Shown in pieces: positions 50,275 through 59,659 of a stretch of DNA of 64,000 nucleotides. Both the position numbers and the translations under genes were made by a program. How positions within the stretch are numbered: the first letter of the stretch is position 1; every line of letters begins with the position of its first letter. The stretch lies in assembly GCA_041665085.1 (NCBI GenBank), contig JBAYJO010000001.1, positions 40,671-104,670 on the forward strand. The letters run 5' to 3'. Below the pieces are notes generated by a model. That model searched no databases. It saw only the letters and a list, made by a program, of their open reading frames with translations, and was not told the DNA's origin. Source of the stretch: Patescibacteria group bacterium. GTDB taxonomy: Bacteria > Patescibacteriota > UBA1384 > JBAYJO01.

Positions 50275-52908
50275 ATGGCGCGAAAAGATGAAAAACTGAA
50301 TCAACTAAAATTGCCTCCTCAAAACATTGAGGCAGAAAAGAGTATTTTAGGTTCTATTCTTTTGGATAAAGATGCGATTTTGAAGATTGTTGATTTTTTA
50401 ACAGAAGATGATTTTTATTTGACCGAACATAAACTTATTTATGGTGCAATGGTTAAATTATTTGAAAAAAGATCTCCAATTGATCTGGTAACGCTATCTG
50501 ATGTTTTAGAATCTGAAAAACATTTAGACAGGGTTGGGGGCGCAGATTTTTTAAGCTCGCTTGTAAATGTGGTGCCAACAGCAGCTCATGTGATTGATTA
50601 TGCAAGAATCGTTTCAGATAAATCATCAAGGCAAAGGCTTATTTCTGCCGGTACTAAAATTGTTGAAATGGCATATAATGAAGAGATTGAAACTGCCGAG
50701 GTGATGGATAAATCAGAGCAGCAATTATTTAATGTGAGCCAAAAACAGGTTAAAGATAAATTTATTCCGATTAAAGATGTTTTAGTTGATAGTTTTAATA
50801 GATTGGATAAAATTCATAAGGAAAAAGGGACTTTAAGAGGAGTGCCATCGGGTTATAAGGATTTGGATAATTTACTTTCCGGTTTTCAGCCGTCAGATTT
50901 GTTAATTTTAGCAGCTCGTCCTTCAATGGGTAAAACATCTTTTGCTTTATCGATAGCGCAGCATGCAACAATTGATGAAAAAGTCGGAGTTGGTATTTTT
51001 TCTCTTGAAATGAGCAAGGAGCAGTTGGTTGATCGTTTGATTTGTTCTCAAGCCGGAGTTGATTCGTGGAAGCTTCGAAATGGACATTTGAGTGATGATG
51101 ATTTTAGAAATGTAGGTTATGCAATGGGGCATTTATCTGAAGCGCCTTTGTATATTGATGATTCGCCAATGCTTACAGTGTTAGATATTAGAACCAAAGC
51201 TAGAAGGTTGATGATGGAACAACCGCTTGGGTTAATTATTATTGATTATTTGCAGCTTATTTCAGGTTCATTTAAAAGTGATGGAAACAGAGTTCAAGAG
51301 ATTTCAGAGATTTCTCGAGCATTGAAAGGTTTAGCAAGAGAATTAAATGTGCCGGTGATGGCTCTTTCACAGCTTTCGCGTGCGGTTGAACATCGTGATA
51401 AAAAAGTGCCGCAGCTTTCTGATCTTCGTGAATCGGGCTGTTTAGCTGGCGATACTTTAATTTACAATGCTAAAACCGGACAAAATGAACAGATTAAAAA
51501 TTTGGTTGGAAAGGAATATGTTTGTTTGTCTCTTAATGATAAGAATAAATTAGTAAATACAAAATCTAGTAGGATTTTTTCAACTGGTAGAAAACAAATT
51601 TATGAATTAGTAATGGCTAGTGGTAAGCGAATCAAGGCGACTGCAAATCATAAGTTTTTGAAATTTTATGAGTGGGTTAGGTTAGATCGGTTGAGTGTTG
51701 GTGATTTTTTGGCGACTCCTCGGGAAATAAGATTTTCAGATTCAACTCAAGATATTTCTGATAATAAAATTATTTTATTAGCTCATTTAATTGGTGATGG
51801 CTGTTATTTGTCGCATCAACCTTTGCATTATACTAATGCTGATCCGCAATGTCTTAAAATTGTTGACGAGGTTTCTTATGATGAGTTTAAAACCAAAAAC
51901 AGATTAGTTAAGCAACAGAATTGGTTTCATTTGTATTTATCCGCACCAATTAAATTAGCACGAGGCAGAAAAAACCCTATTATAAAATGGTTAGATGAAG
52001 ATTTGAATATTTTTAATCAACGATCTGGAGAAAAAAGAATTCCAAAAATAGTTTTCTCTCTTGATAATAAAAAAGTATCTTTATTTATTAGTCATTTATT
52101 TGCAACTGATGGAGGATTAACAAAATCATCTGGAATTTGGAGGCTTCACTATGCTTCAAAAAGTAGAAGGCTGATCGAAGATTTGCAGCATTTATTGTTG
52201 AGATTTGAGATTCTTTCAAGAATTAAAGAAAATAAGAAAAAAGGATATGCAATTGTCTATGATTTAGTAATTTCGGGATCAGATAACCAGCTAAGTTTTT
52301 TGATAAATATCGGAATATTCGGAGAGAAGGAAAAAAATGTTAAACTTGCTATTGCTGAATTAAGAATGATTAATTCTAATACAAATGTTGATATTATACC
52401 ATCTGAAGTGTGGCAGAAAATTAAAGATGGCTTTATGAAACTAAATTGGTCTGCGCGGAAGTTTCATCAAGAAATGAATTGGGCTTATAGCGGCACGCAA
52501 AGATATAAAAATGGCTTATCCAGAGATCGTTTGGACAAAATTGCCGAGGTTCTTAAAAATAATGAATTAAAACAAATTGCTGATTCCGATATATTTTGGG
52601 ATCAAATTAAAGAAATAAATAAGCTGGGTGTTGAAGATGTTTATGATATAACAATTCCTGATAGTCATAATTTTATTGCAAATGATATGATCGTTCATAA
52701 TTCGATTGAGCAAGATGCAGATGTAGTGATGTTTATTTACCGAGAAGATTATTACGAGGCTGATACCGAAAGAAAAGGTATTACTGATATTTTAATTAGA
52801 AAACATAGAAACGGTCCCATTGGATCAGTTGAACTATTTTTTGTACCGGAACAGATGACGTTTAGATCAATTGATAAAAAAAGATCAGTGCCGAGTGAGA
52901 TAGAATAG
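50275..52908 (+). CDS. dnaB: Replicative DNA helicase DnaB interrupted by an intein
   Basis: DnaB N- and C-terminal domains. The extein sequence resumes at SIEQDADVVMFIYRE. Confidence 0.9.
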   Translation: MARKDEKLNQLKLPPQNIEAEKSILGSILLDKDAILKIVDFLTEDDFYLTEHKLIYGAMVKLFEKRSPIDLVTLSDVLESEKHLDRVGGADFLSSLVNVVPTAAHVIDYARIVSDKSSRQRLISAGTKIVEMAYNEEIETAEVMDKSEQQLFNVSQKQVKDKFIPIKDVLVDSFNRLDKIHKEKGTLRGVPSGYKDLDNLLSGFQPSDLLILAARPSMGKTSFALSIAQHATIDEKVGVGIFSLEMSKEQLVDRLICSQAGVDSWKLRNGHLSDDDFRNVGYAMGHLSEAPLYIDDSPMLTVLDIRTKARRLMMEQPLGLIIIDYLQLISGSFKSDGNRVQEISEISRALKGLARELNVPVMALSQLSRAVEHRDKKVPQLSDLRESGCLAGDTLIYNAKTGQNEQIKNLVGKEYVCLSLNDKNKLVNTKSSRIFSTGRKQIYELVMASGKRIKATANHKFLKFYEWVRLDRLSVGDFLATPREIRFSDSTQDISDNKIILLAHLIGDGCYLSHQPLHYTNADPQCLKIVDEVSYDEFKTKNRLVKQQNWFHLYLSAPIKLARGRKNPIIKWLDEDLNIFNQRSGEKRIPKIVFSLDNKKVSLFISHLFATDGGLTKSSGIWRLHYASKSRRLIEDLQHLLLRFEILSRIKENKKKGYAIVYDLVISGSDNQLSFLINIGIFGEKEKNVKLAIAELRMINSNTNVDIIPSEVWQKIKDGFMKLNWSARKFHQEMNWAYSGTQRYKNGLSRDRLDKIAEVLKNNELKQIADSDIFWDQIKEINKLGVEDVYDITIPDSHNFIANDMIVHNSIEQDADVVMFIYREDYYEADTERKGITDILIRKHRNGPIGSVELFFVPEQMTFRSIDKKRSVPSEIE
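51439..52701 (+). mobile_element. Intein (421 aa) with LAGLIDADG homing-endonuclease domain inside DnaB
   Basis: Begins CLAGDTLI (block A) and ends VHN with a +1 Ser. LAGLIDADG motifs LLAHLIGDGCY and LFISHLFATDGGL. Confidence 0.85.
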
Positions 52909-53051
52909 GTTTTTTTAAAAGGGACAAGAATTAATAATTGGAATGTAAAAGCCTGTGGATAACTCAAAAATTATTGCTCAATTATTTGTGGAAAAATGAG
53001 AGATTTTTTTTGTTTTAAACCTGTTGTTTAGATTGATTGCTACCTAAACCC

Positions 53052-53080
53052 TTGACAAATATTGCTAAGCGTATCATAAT
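53052..53080 (+). promoter_or_regulatory. Sigma70-like promoter TTGACA-N17-CATAAT
   Basis: Consensus -35 at 53052-53057 and -10 CATAAT at 53075-53080 with 17-nt spacing. Confidence 0.5.
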
Positions 53081-53087
53081 GATTAGA

Positions 53088-53397
53088 TTTGATGAAAAGC
53101 ACATTGAAAGACAAATTCAAGTTCACCAAGGAAATATTGCTTCAGGACGGTCGGAATCAATATTTCCTTGCAAGACTCTAGAGGGAAAGCAGAGAATGCA
53201 AAGAGTCTCAAAACAAGTGAGCAAGGAAAATATACTTAAAGGAAGAGAACAAACGTTTCTTACGCGAACCAAAATGGACGGGTAGGATGCGAAAGTAATC
53301 TATCCTAACATCTAAGGCGCGAAAGAAGCGGTCAATAATATAAGAACTATAGGCTGAATACTTCAATATAAATCGCGCCTTTTTCTATTTTTTTACA
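53088..53397 (+). ncRNA. Candidate ~300-nt structured ncRNA of unknown class
   Basis: No credible ORF. Perfect helices: GGAAATATTG/CAATATTTCC, GACTCT/AGAGTC, TAGGAT/ATCCTA. Terminal GGCGCGA/TCGCGCC stem followed by TTTTTCTATTTTTTT. Confidence 0.35.
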
Positions 53398-53500
53398 AAG
53401 TTGAATAATTGTTAATCTTAAAAAGAGATTGAGCACATGACGTTTTATTGTCTTGTGCTCGAGTATCTTGTTTGTAAATTCTCAAACAAGTAAAGCTGAT

Positions 53501-53740
53501 TCATAGGATGCTCCATGGTCCGGAACCTGCTAGAGGAGATGCTGACCTGCAGGACATGGCACATGTTGCTTCGTATGGTCCGAAGCATATTGCCTGTCGG
53601 CAGGGGCTTTGCGGGTCGCAGCTGGATAGGCATTCCTTGCACTTGCATTTTACGCATTCCGTTTGTGTTGCGTGTTCGCGGCATGCTTCTGTCTGTTGTC
53701 CGCCATGTTTGCGTGGTTGAGACATTGCTTCAGTTAGCAC
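53501..53740 (-). CDS. Possible small Cys-rich protein (10 Cys in 79 aa) in a GC-rich segment
   Basis: GGAGGT RBS 6 nt upstream of a GTG start. Every frame is open here, so coding status is uncertain. Confidence 0.3.
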   Translation of the reverse strand: MLTEAMSQPRKHGGQQTEACREHATQTECVKCKCKECLSSCDPQSPCRQAICFGPYEATCAMSCRSASPLAGSGPWSIL

Positions 53741-53863
53741 AACCTTACCTCCACGGTGAAGTGCTTGTAGTTTATATTTTATTTATAACTAACTTTAAAT
53801 ATTATTACAAATCGAATTGCTTAAAGGCTTGTTCTGGAACGATACTATGAGTAGAATGAAAAA

Positions 53864-55867
53864 GTGTCTAATATAGATTTACTTGAAGGTTTAAATGAAA
53901 GACAAAAAGAAGCGGTGCTTTTAACAGAAGGTCCGCTCCTTGTTATTGCCGGGGCTGGATCAGGAAAAACCAAGGTTTTGACGCATAGATTAGCCCATTT
54001 AATTCTTGATAAAAATATTAGTCCATATAGTATTTTGGCAGTTACATTTACAAATAAAGCAGCAGGGGAAATGGGTCAGCGAATGCATTCGCTACTCATT
54101 TCAAATTCCAAATATCAAATTCCAAATCCCAAAAAAAATCAAAATTCCGAACATACTGCCGACTTTATGAACTTTCAACTCGCCTCTTCGGCGAGCGCCG
54201 ATAAGGCGCTTTATGAACTTTCGACTAAATTGCCATGGCTTGGAACTTTTCACTCTATTTGCGTTAGGATTTTAAGAAAAGAAATTCAAAATATTGGCTA
54301 TGAGCGAAATTTTGTTATCTATGATTCAGATGATTCACTTTCTTGTATTAAAAAAATTATTAGGGAATTAAAATGGGATCCGAAGGAGATTAATCCAAAT
54401 TCTGTCAGAAATATGATTTCAAGTGCTAAGAGCGAATTTATTGACCCTAATACTTACGCGAAATATGCTGATGGATATTTTCAGGAAAAAGTAACGGAAA
54501 TTTATAAAAGATATCAAGATTTTTTGAGAAGATCTAATGCCCTTGATTTTGATGATTTGCTTAACCAGACATTAGTTTTATTTGAAGAAAAGCCGGAGAT
54601 TTTGTTTAAATATCAGGATTTATTTAAATATATTTTGATTGATGAGTATCAAGATACAAATCAAGCCCAGTATTTGCTGGCGAAAAAATTATCAGATAAA
54701 CACAAAAATATTTGCGTGGTTGGCGATGATTATCAAGCAATTTATTCTTGGCGTGGGGCAAATTTTAAAAATATTTTAAATTTTGAGCGAGATTATCCAA
54801 AGGCTAAAGTAGTAAAATTGGAACAAAATTATCGAAATAGTCAAAATATTATTCAAGCGTCAGAAAATGTGATTAAGAAAAATACTTTGCGTACAGATAA
54901 AAATATGTGGACGAAAAATGAAGAAGGGGCGCCGATTACGATTTATAAGGCAGCAGATGAGAGCGATGAGGCTGATTTTATTGTTGGTGAAATTGTAACT
55001 CTTAAAAAAGCAGGTGAAAGTTTAAATTCAATGGCGATTTTGTATCGAACAAATGCTCAATCAAGATCTCTTGAAGAAGCATTTTTGAATTATGGCATTC
55101 CATATCGGGTTATTGGTTCCTTGAAGTTTTATGAAAGACGAGAAATTAAAGATATAATTTCTTATTTGCGTTTAATAGTAAATCCGTCTGATTTTATTGC
55201 TTTTGAACGAGCGGTATCAGTACCTCCTCGAGGCATTGGCGATAAAACAATAGAACAGTTAGTAAAAATTCCAAATTACAAATCCCAAATTACAAATAAA
55301 TCTCAAATCCTAAATCTCAATATTCAAAAAAAAATGCAGGATTTTTTGATTATGATTGAAGATTTAAGAAATATGGCGGCGGAGAATTTACCGGCAGATT
55401 TTATTGATATTTTAACTGCCCGAACTAATTATCGAAGTTATTTGGTTGATGGGACTATTGAAGGGGAAGCAAGATGGGAAAATGTTGAGGAGCTTAAAAC
55501 AGTAGCGCAGAATTTTGATAGTCTAGAATCTTTTTTGGAAAATATTGCTTTGATGACTGATCTTGATGAATATGATGAAGCTAAAGAATCTGTGACTTTA
55601 ATGACAATGCATTGTGCTAAAGGTCTTGAGTTTGAAACGGTTTTTATTGCAGGAATGGAAGAAGGCCTTTTTCCTCATTCAAGATCAATTAGCGAGCCGA
55701 ACGAAATGGAAGAGGAGAGACGGCTTTGTTATGTCGGGATGACTCGAGCCAAAATGAGGCTTTATATGATTTATGCGGGTTCCAGAACAGTTTTTGGACG
55801 AACTCAAATGGGAATTAAATCGCGTTTTTTAAACGAGATTCCAGAGTGGTTGTGCGAGGAGATTTAG
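53864..55867 (+). CDS. UvrD/PcrA-family ATP-dependent DNA helicase
   Basis: Walker A AGAGSGKT, motif II DEYQDTN, motif III GDDYQAIYSWRGA, NYRN. Contains in-frame repeat-derived insertions. Confidence 0.9.
   Translation: MSNIDLLEGLNERQKEAVLLTEGPLLVIAGAGSGKTKVLTHRLAHLILDKNISPYSILAVTFTNKAAGEMGQRMHSLLISNSKYQIPNPKKNQNSEHTADFMNFQLASSASADKALYELSTKLPWLGTFHSICVRILRKEIQNIGYERNFVIYDSDDSLSCIKKIIRELKWDPKEINPNSVRNMISSAKSEFIDPNTYAKYADGYFQEKVTEIYKRYQDFLRRSNALDFDDLLNQTLVLFEEKPEILFKYQDLFKYILIDEYQDTNQAQYLLAKKLSDKHKNICVVGDDYQAIYSWRGANFKNILNFERDYPKAKVVKLEQNYRNSQNIIQASENVIKKNTLRTDKNMWTKNEEGAPITIYKAADESDEADFIVGEIVTLKKAGESLNSMAILYRTNAQSRSLEEAFLNYGIPYRVIGSLKFYERREIKDIISYLRLIVNPSDFIAFERAVSVPPRGIGDKTIEQLVKIPNYKSQITNKSQILNLNIQKKMQDFLIMIEDLRNMAAENLPADFIDILTARTNYRSYLVDGTIEGEARWENVEELKTVAQNFDSLESFLENIALMTDLDEYDEAKESVTLMTMHCAKGLEFETVFIAGMEEGLFPHSRSISEPNEMEEERRLCYVGMTRAKMRLYMIYAGSRTVFGRTQMGIKSRFLNEIPEWLCEEI
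54164..54232 (+). repeat. RPE-like palindromic element inserted in-frame in the helicase gene
   Basis: CTCGCC-TCTTC-GGCGAG and GCGCC-GATAA-GGCGC hairpins, flanked by direct repeats CTTTATGAACTTTC(A/G)ACT. Confidence 0.6.
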
Positions 55868-55959
55868 AATAGTATTGAGTATAGAGTATTGGGTATTGGG
55901 TATCGGGTATCGGGAAAATAGAGATTGTTTCGTCGGGACTCCTCGCAATGACAAAGGAG

Positions 55960-56022
55960 TCGAAAGTTTATAAAGCGCCTCATTGGCGCTCGCCGAAGAG
56001 GCGAGTTGAAAGTTCGTAAAGT
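55960..56022 (+). repeat. RPE-like palindromic element, intergenic copy (inverse orientation)
   Basis: ~90% identical to the reverse complement of 54164-54232. Confidence 0.6.
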
Positions 56023-56151
56023 ATTTTTAAATTTTAAAATTCAAAACAATAAATTATTTTTTACACTTATAATTTAGTAAAAATTGAAAAAGAAAATTGT
56101 AATAAAACAAATGGTCGGAGAACGAGTCTCCGACCGAGTTGTGCCAGGATA

Positions 56152-57192
56152 TTATCTCGACACTCGATCTATTGCTTTGTTGATCAGATCAGCGACTTCT
56201 TCGTGCTTGATCTTATCGCGCTGGTTGAACAGAACCGCGAAGTTGATACCATCTGTTCTCTGACAGGCGATAGCGGTAGTGCCAGGAAGGCTGCCGTAAA
56301 ACATGTAGCTATAGCCGGTTGTGCTGTTGCGACTATCTCCGCTGATCCAGTACTTGTCCAGGAACCGACAGAGTTCGACAGTTGAGATTGCAAAACAGTC
56401 GAAATAAGCCGGACTTTCTGGCTCGTACCAGATTTCACTTTCATCGCGACTTTCCTTGGGTAAAGTGAGTGCGATGTTGGTTATACCGGCTCTTTTGCAG
56501 ATAGAGCCGACAAGAAAGTCGTAGTAGGGCATGCCAGCGGCTTTTTCGACTGCCCTTCTCAAAACCACCGAACCGAAGTTGGAATAGACTTCTTTGGTGC
56601 CGGGGTCATAATCCAGTGGGCGAGTCAGCATGTATGCGATAATGTTTCGCATTGTTGGTTCGGTCTTCTGACCACTCTTGGCCATGAGTTGCCTCACCGC
56701 TTCCGAGCTCTTGGGTGAAAAGCCGTCGTTTTCGGCTGACCAGCCAAGTTTGTGGTCGATCACATTTTGGATTGTGATCTGGTTGACTCTTGCGTCAGCT
56801 ATGCTGCCATAAGGCTGAACGCCAAGGAGCGGAAATACTGCTGTATTTGCTTTCAGAATCCCTTGTTGAATCAGTTCTTTGGCACAGGCATTACCAAAGC
56901 ATTTGTCGATACTGGCAATGCGCATGCGAGTTTCTGGATTGATTGGTTTGGTTTGGCTCTTGTCTTGCCAGCCATAACCGCGAATCATCCAAAATTTGCC
57001 TCTGTAGGCAACTGCGATAGTAGCGGCTTTGTAGCCTGTTTGTTTCATAATGGAACACATGACTTGATCAACCGCTTCCATCCTCCTAGTATAGATACCA
57101 GTGGATGGCAGCATTTCTGCTGCAAAGATGAACCGGGGAATTGCGATCAGTATGATCGCAAAAACTGAAGATCTGCATTTCATCGAAATCAT
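56152..57192 (-). CDS. Beta-lactamase-family serine hydrolase (PBP/esterase type), secreted, GC-rich
   Basis: Signal peptide. SIDK (SxxK) and YSN (YxN) motifs. Confidence 0.65.
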   Translation of the reverse strand: MISMKCRSSVFAIILIAIPRFIFAAEMLPSTGIYTRRMEAVDQVMCSIMKQTGYKAATIAVAYRGKFWMIRGYGWQDKSQTKPINPETRMRIASIDKCFGNACAKELIQQGILKANTAVFPLLGVQPYGSIADARVNQITIQNVIDHKLGWSAENDGFSPKSSEAVRQLMAKSGQKTEPTMRNIIAYMLTRPLDYDPGTKEVYSNFGSVVLRRAVEKAAGMPYYDFLVGSICKRAGITNIALTLPKESRDESEIWYEPESPAYFDCFAISTVELCRFLDKYWISGDSRNSTTGYSYMFYGSLPGTTAIACQRTDGINFAVLFNQRDKIKHEEVADLINKAIDRVSR

Positions 57193-57390
57193 CCTTTCCT
57201 CGAGTTCTAGAACGCTAATTCTATCGGCATAAGTATAATACTTTTTTTAAAAAAATCAATAGATAAATACTTCATTGGGTTTGAGGATCTGACGAAAAAT
57301 ACCATTTTCGCTTCAAAAGCGCATTTGTCGATAGACCCTTGACCGTATAGCGGTGTGTTGTTATGATATTTTTGCAACCCGAAAATATAA

Positions 57391-58446
57391 TTGAGGGGAA
57401 AGCCGTGTATCAATAAGATATGTGGCAGAGGAGGAATTATATCACGCTCTTCCTTACCAGCTTCAAGCGCGCTTATAATTTTAGCAATATTGGTTACAAT
57501 TTTTTCCGGCGCAAATGAGAAAACCGAGTCAGCCGGCAAAGTTAAAGGAGAGGCGACCATTGCCCCCCTTTTTATGAGCGATAAAATCGATACTTTTTAT
57601 GGACCTCGCGGTCTTTTTACTTATGAAGAAATGTTTAAATCAATTAAGGCAACAATTTATCCGGAAGATAAATACATTGGTTTCCCTCCGCCGGAGTTAG
57701 GTGAGGGATCGGTAATTAGTGTTTATCGCGCGATGTCGGTTAATTTAACTGATGCAAATGAAAAACAAATATATCGAACTTGGCAAACATCAGTTATTGA
57801 TTTGCTTACTGAAAAGAAAATAATTTTAGGTAATCAAGATACTATTTTGCCTGATAAAAATTCAATTTTGTTTCGAGATATGAATATTGTAATTACTCGT
57901 GTTTCTGAAACTGATATTGATGAATTTGAGCCGATCAAATATAAAACTGTTACAAAGCAAACGAAAGATATGGAAAAAGGAACCCAGAGTCTGGAGCAAA
58001 AGGGAAAAAATGGAAAGCTCAAAAAAACTTATCATGTTAGAAGAGAGAATAATAAAGAAGTTTCTCGAAAATTAATCAATAAGGAAGTTGTTGTAGAATC
58101 TGTTGATGAAATTATTCTTATTGGAACCGGACCAAAACTTGCCAAATCCGGCCCATACTTAACTGAAATTAATTCGGCTGCAAAGCAATATGATATAAAT
58201 GGAACAGCTTTAAGCTGTCTTATGATGATTGAATCAGGTGGTACGGCTAATACCGGTTTTCCAGATGCCCAATATAATGGTTTATTTCAGTATGAAGAAG
58301 GTTTTTGGGCTGATATTAGCAAAAAAGCAGGTTATGGCGGATCAAGCATTTATAACGGCCCTGCTCAAATCTATACAACAGCTTATGCCTTAACTCATGG
58401 TTTTGCGACTCGTTGGCCTCCGTGGAAGAGATGTAGTGATAAATAA
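57391..58446 (+). CDS. Cell-wall protein with G5 domain and Rpf-like transglycosylase C-terminal domain
   Basis: VVESVDEIILIGTG (G5-like). C-terminal region MMIESGG...NGLFQY is lysozyme-like. Confidence 0.5.
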   Translation: MRGKPCINKICGRGGIISRSSLPASSALIILAILVTIFSGANEKTESAGKVKGEATIAPLFMSDKIDTFYGPRGLFTYEEMFKSIKATIYPEDKYIGFPPPELGEGSVISVYRAMSVNLTDANEKQIYRTWQTSVIDLLTEKKIILGNQDTILPDKNSILFRDMNIVITRVSETDIDEFEPIKYKTVTKQTKDMEKGTQSLEQKGKNGKLKKTYHVRRENNKEVSRKLINKEVVVESVDEIILIGTGPKLAKSGPYLTEINSAAKQYDINGTALSCLMMIESGGTANTGFPDAQYNGLFQYEEGFWADISKKAGYGGSSIYNGPAQIYTTAYALTHGFATRWPPWKRCSDK

Positions 58447-58457
58447 GTATTAATTAA

Positions 58458-58606
58458 GAATTTCTAATTTCTAATTTCTAAATAAAATCCAATGTTTAAA
58501 AAAATAAATTATAGAGTAATTTATTCGAAAAATGTTATAATAACTAGGTTAGCCATTATTAATTTAGTCATTAGTTAGGAATTAGTAATTAAATATTAGA
58601 AATTTT
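58458..58606. repeat. TIR-bounded AT-rich element, copy C
   Basis: GAATTTCTAATTTCTAATTTCTAA...ATCCAATG ... TTAGGAATTAGTAATTAAATATTAGAAATTTT. Confidence 0.55.
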
Positions 58607-58612
58607 ATAAAT

Positions 58613-59476
58613 ATGATTGATTTAACAAATATTTCTTTAATTAAAAGTTTACTCAAGATTGATAATTCATCTCCTGACAGAAGGATGGGTCAAAACTTTT
58701 TGATTAGCAGCAAAAGCTTGGAAAGAATTTCCAACTCAACTGAACTTGAGGGTCAGACTGTTTTAGAGATTGGAACCGGTCTTGGCGTATTGACTCAAGA
58801 GCTTTGTAAAAAAGCTAAAAGAGTTATATCGGTTGAAAAAGACGAGCGAATGTATAATATTGCAAAAGACGTTTTAATTTTTGACAATTTAACTCTTTTG
58901 AATGAAGACATTTTGGATTTTGAAGTTGAAAAATATATTTCGGGTGAGTTTAAGATCGTAGCGAATATTCCTTATCAAATTACTTCTCCGATAATCAGAA
59001 AATTTCTGCCCAATAAAAATCTTACAGAGATGATTTTATTGATGCAAAAAGAGGTAGCAGAGCGTATTTGCGCAAAACCAGGTAGCAGCAAGCGAGGATA
59101 TTTGACGCTTGTTTGTGAATTTTATAGTGATCCGTCGATTCTTTTCGGCATATCAAAAAATTGTTTTTGGCCAAGCCCGAAAGTTGATAGCTCGGTAGTA
59201 AAGTTTAAAGTGCCTCTTCGGCAATCGCCGGAGAGGCGAGTTTATGAAGATATTAATGCCCATAAAGTTGATGAAAAAGAACTATTTAGGATAGTACAGG
59301 CTGGTTTTTCATCAAAAAGAAAACAACTTTTGAATTCATTATCAGCTGGATTGAGATGTGATAAATCCGAAATCGAAAATATTTTAAATAAAGTTAATAT
59401 TATTCCGACACGACGAGCTGAAACTTTGACGCTTGAGGAATGGTGCTTAATTACCAAAAAAATACCAGTCAATTAA
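58613..59476 (+). CDS. rsmA: 16S rRNA (adenine1518/1519-N6)-dimethyltransferase
   Basis: GQNFL, VLEIGTGLG, NIPYQITSP. Confidence 0.85.
   Translation: MIDLTNISLIKSLLKIDNSSPDRRMGQNFLISSKSLERISNSTELEGQTVLEIGTGLGVLTQELCKKAKRVISVEKDERMYNIAKDVLIFDNLTLLNEDILDFEVEKYISGEFKIVANIPYQITSPIIRKFLPNKNLTEMILLMQKEVAERICAKPGSSKRGYLTLVCEFYSDPSILFGISKNCFWPSPKVDSSVVKFKVPLRQSPERRVYEDINAHKVDEKELFRIVQAGFSSKRKQLLNSLSAGLRCDKSEIENILNKVNIIPTRRAETLTLEEWCLITKKIPVN
59196..59249 (+). repeat. RPE-like palindromic element inserted in-frame in rsmA
   Basis: AAAGTGCCTCTTCGGCAATCGCCGGAGAGGCGAGTTTATGAAG aligns with the 55960-56022 copy. It encodes KVPLRQSPERRVYE. Confidence 0.55.
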
Positions 59477-59659
59477 TTGATTACCAAGAAACAATCATCA
59501 ATAATCAGTTAATAACCAATTATTCAATTATCAATTTTCAAACAATTTTCTATTCTATTTGGCTATTGGTTATTGATTATTACTTATGTGGTTATTGGTT
59601 TTCATGTGATTTTGTTTATTTATTTGAGTATTTATCATTTATTTTGTTATTATTAGATT

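Noticed and set aside
53088-53397. Identification of the candidate ncRNA as RNase P RNA, tmRNA, SRP RNA or 6S RNA
   Set aside because: The conserved P4 sequences, the tmRNA tRNA-like ends and tag ORF, and the SRP domain IV GGAA/AGCAGC motifs are all absent. The class remains unknown.
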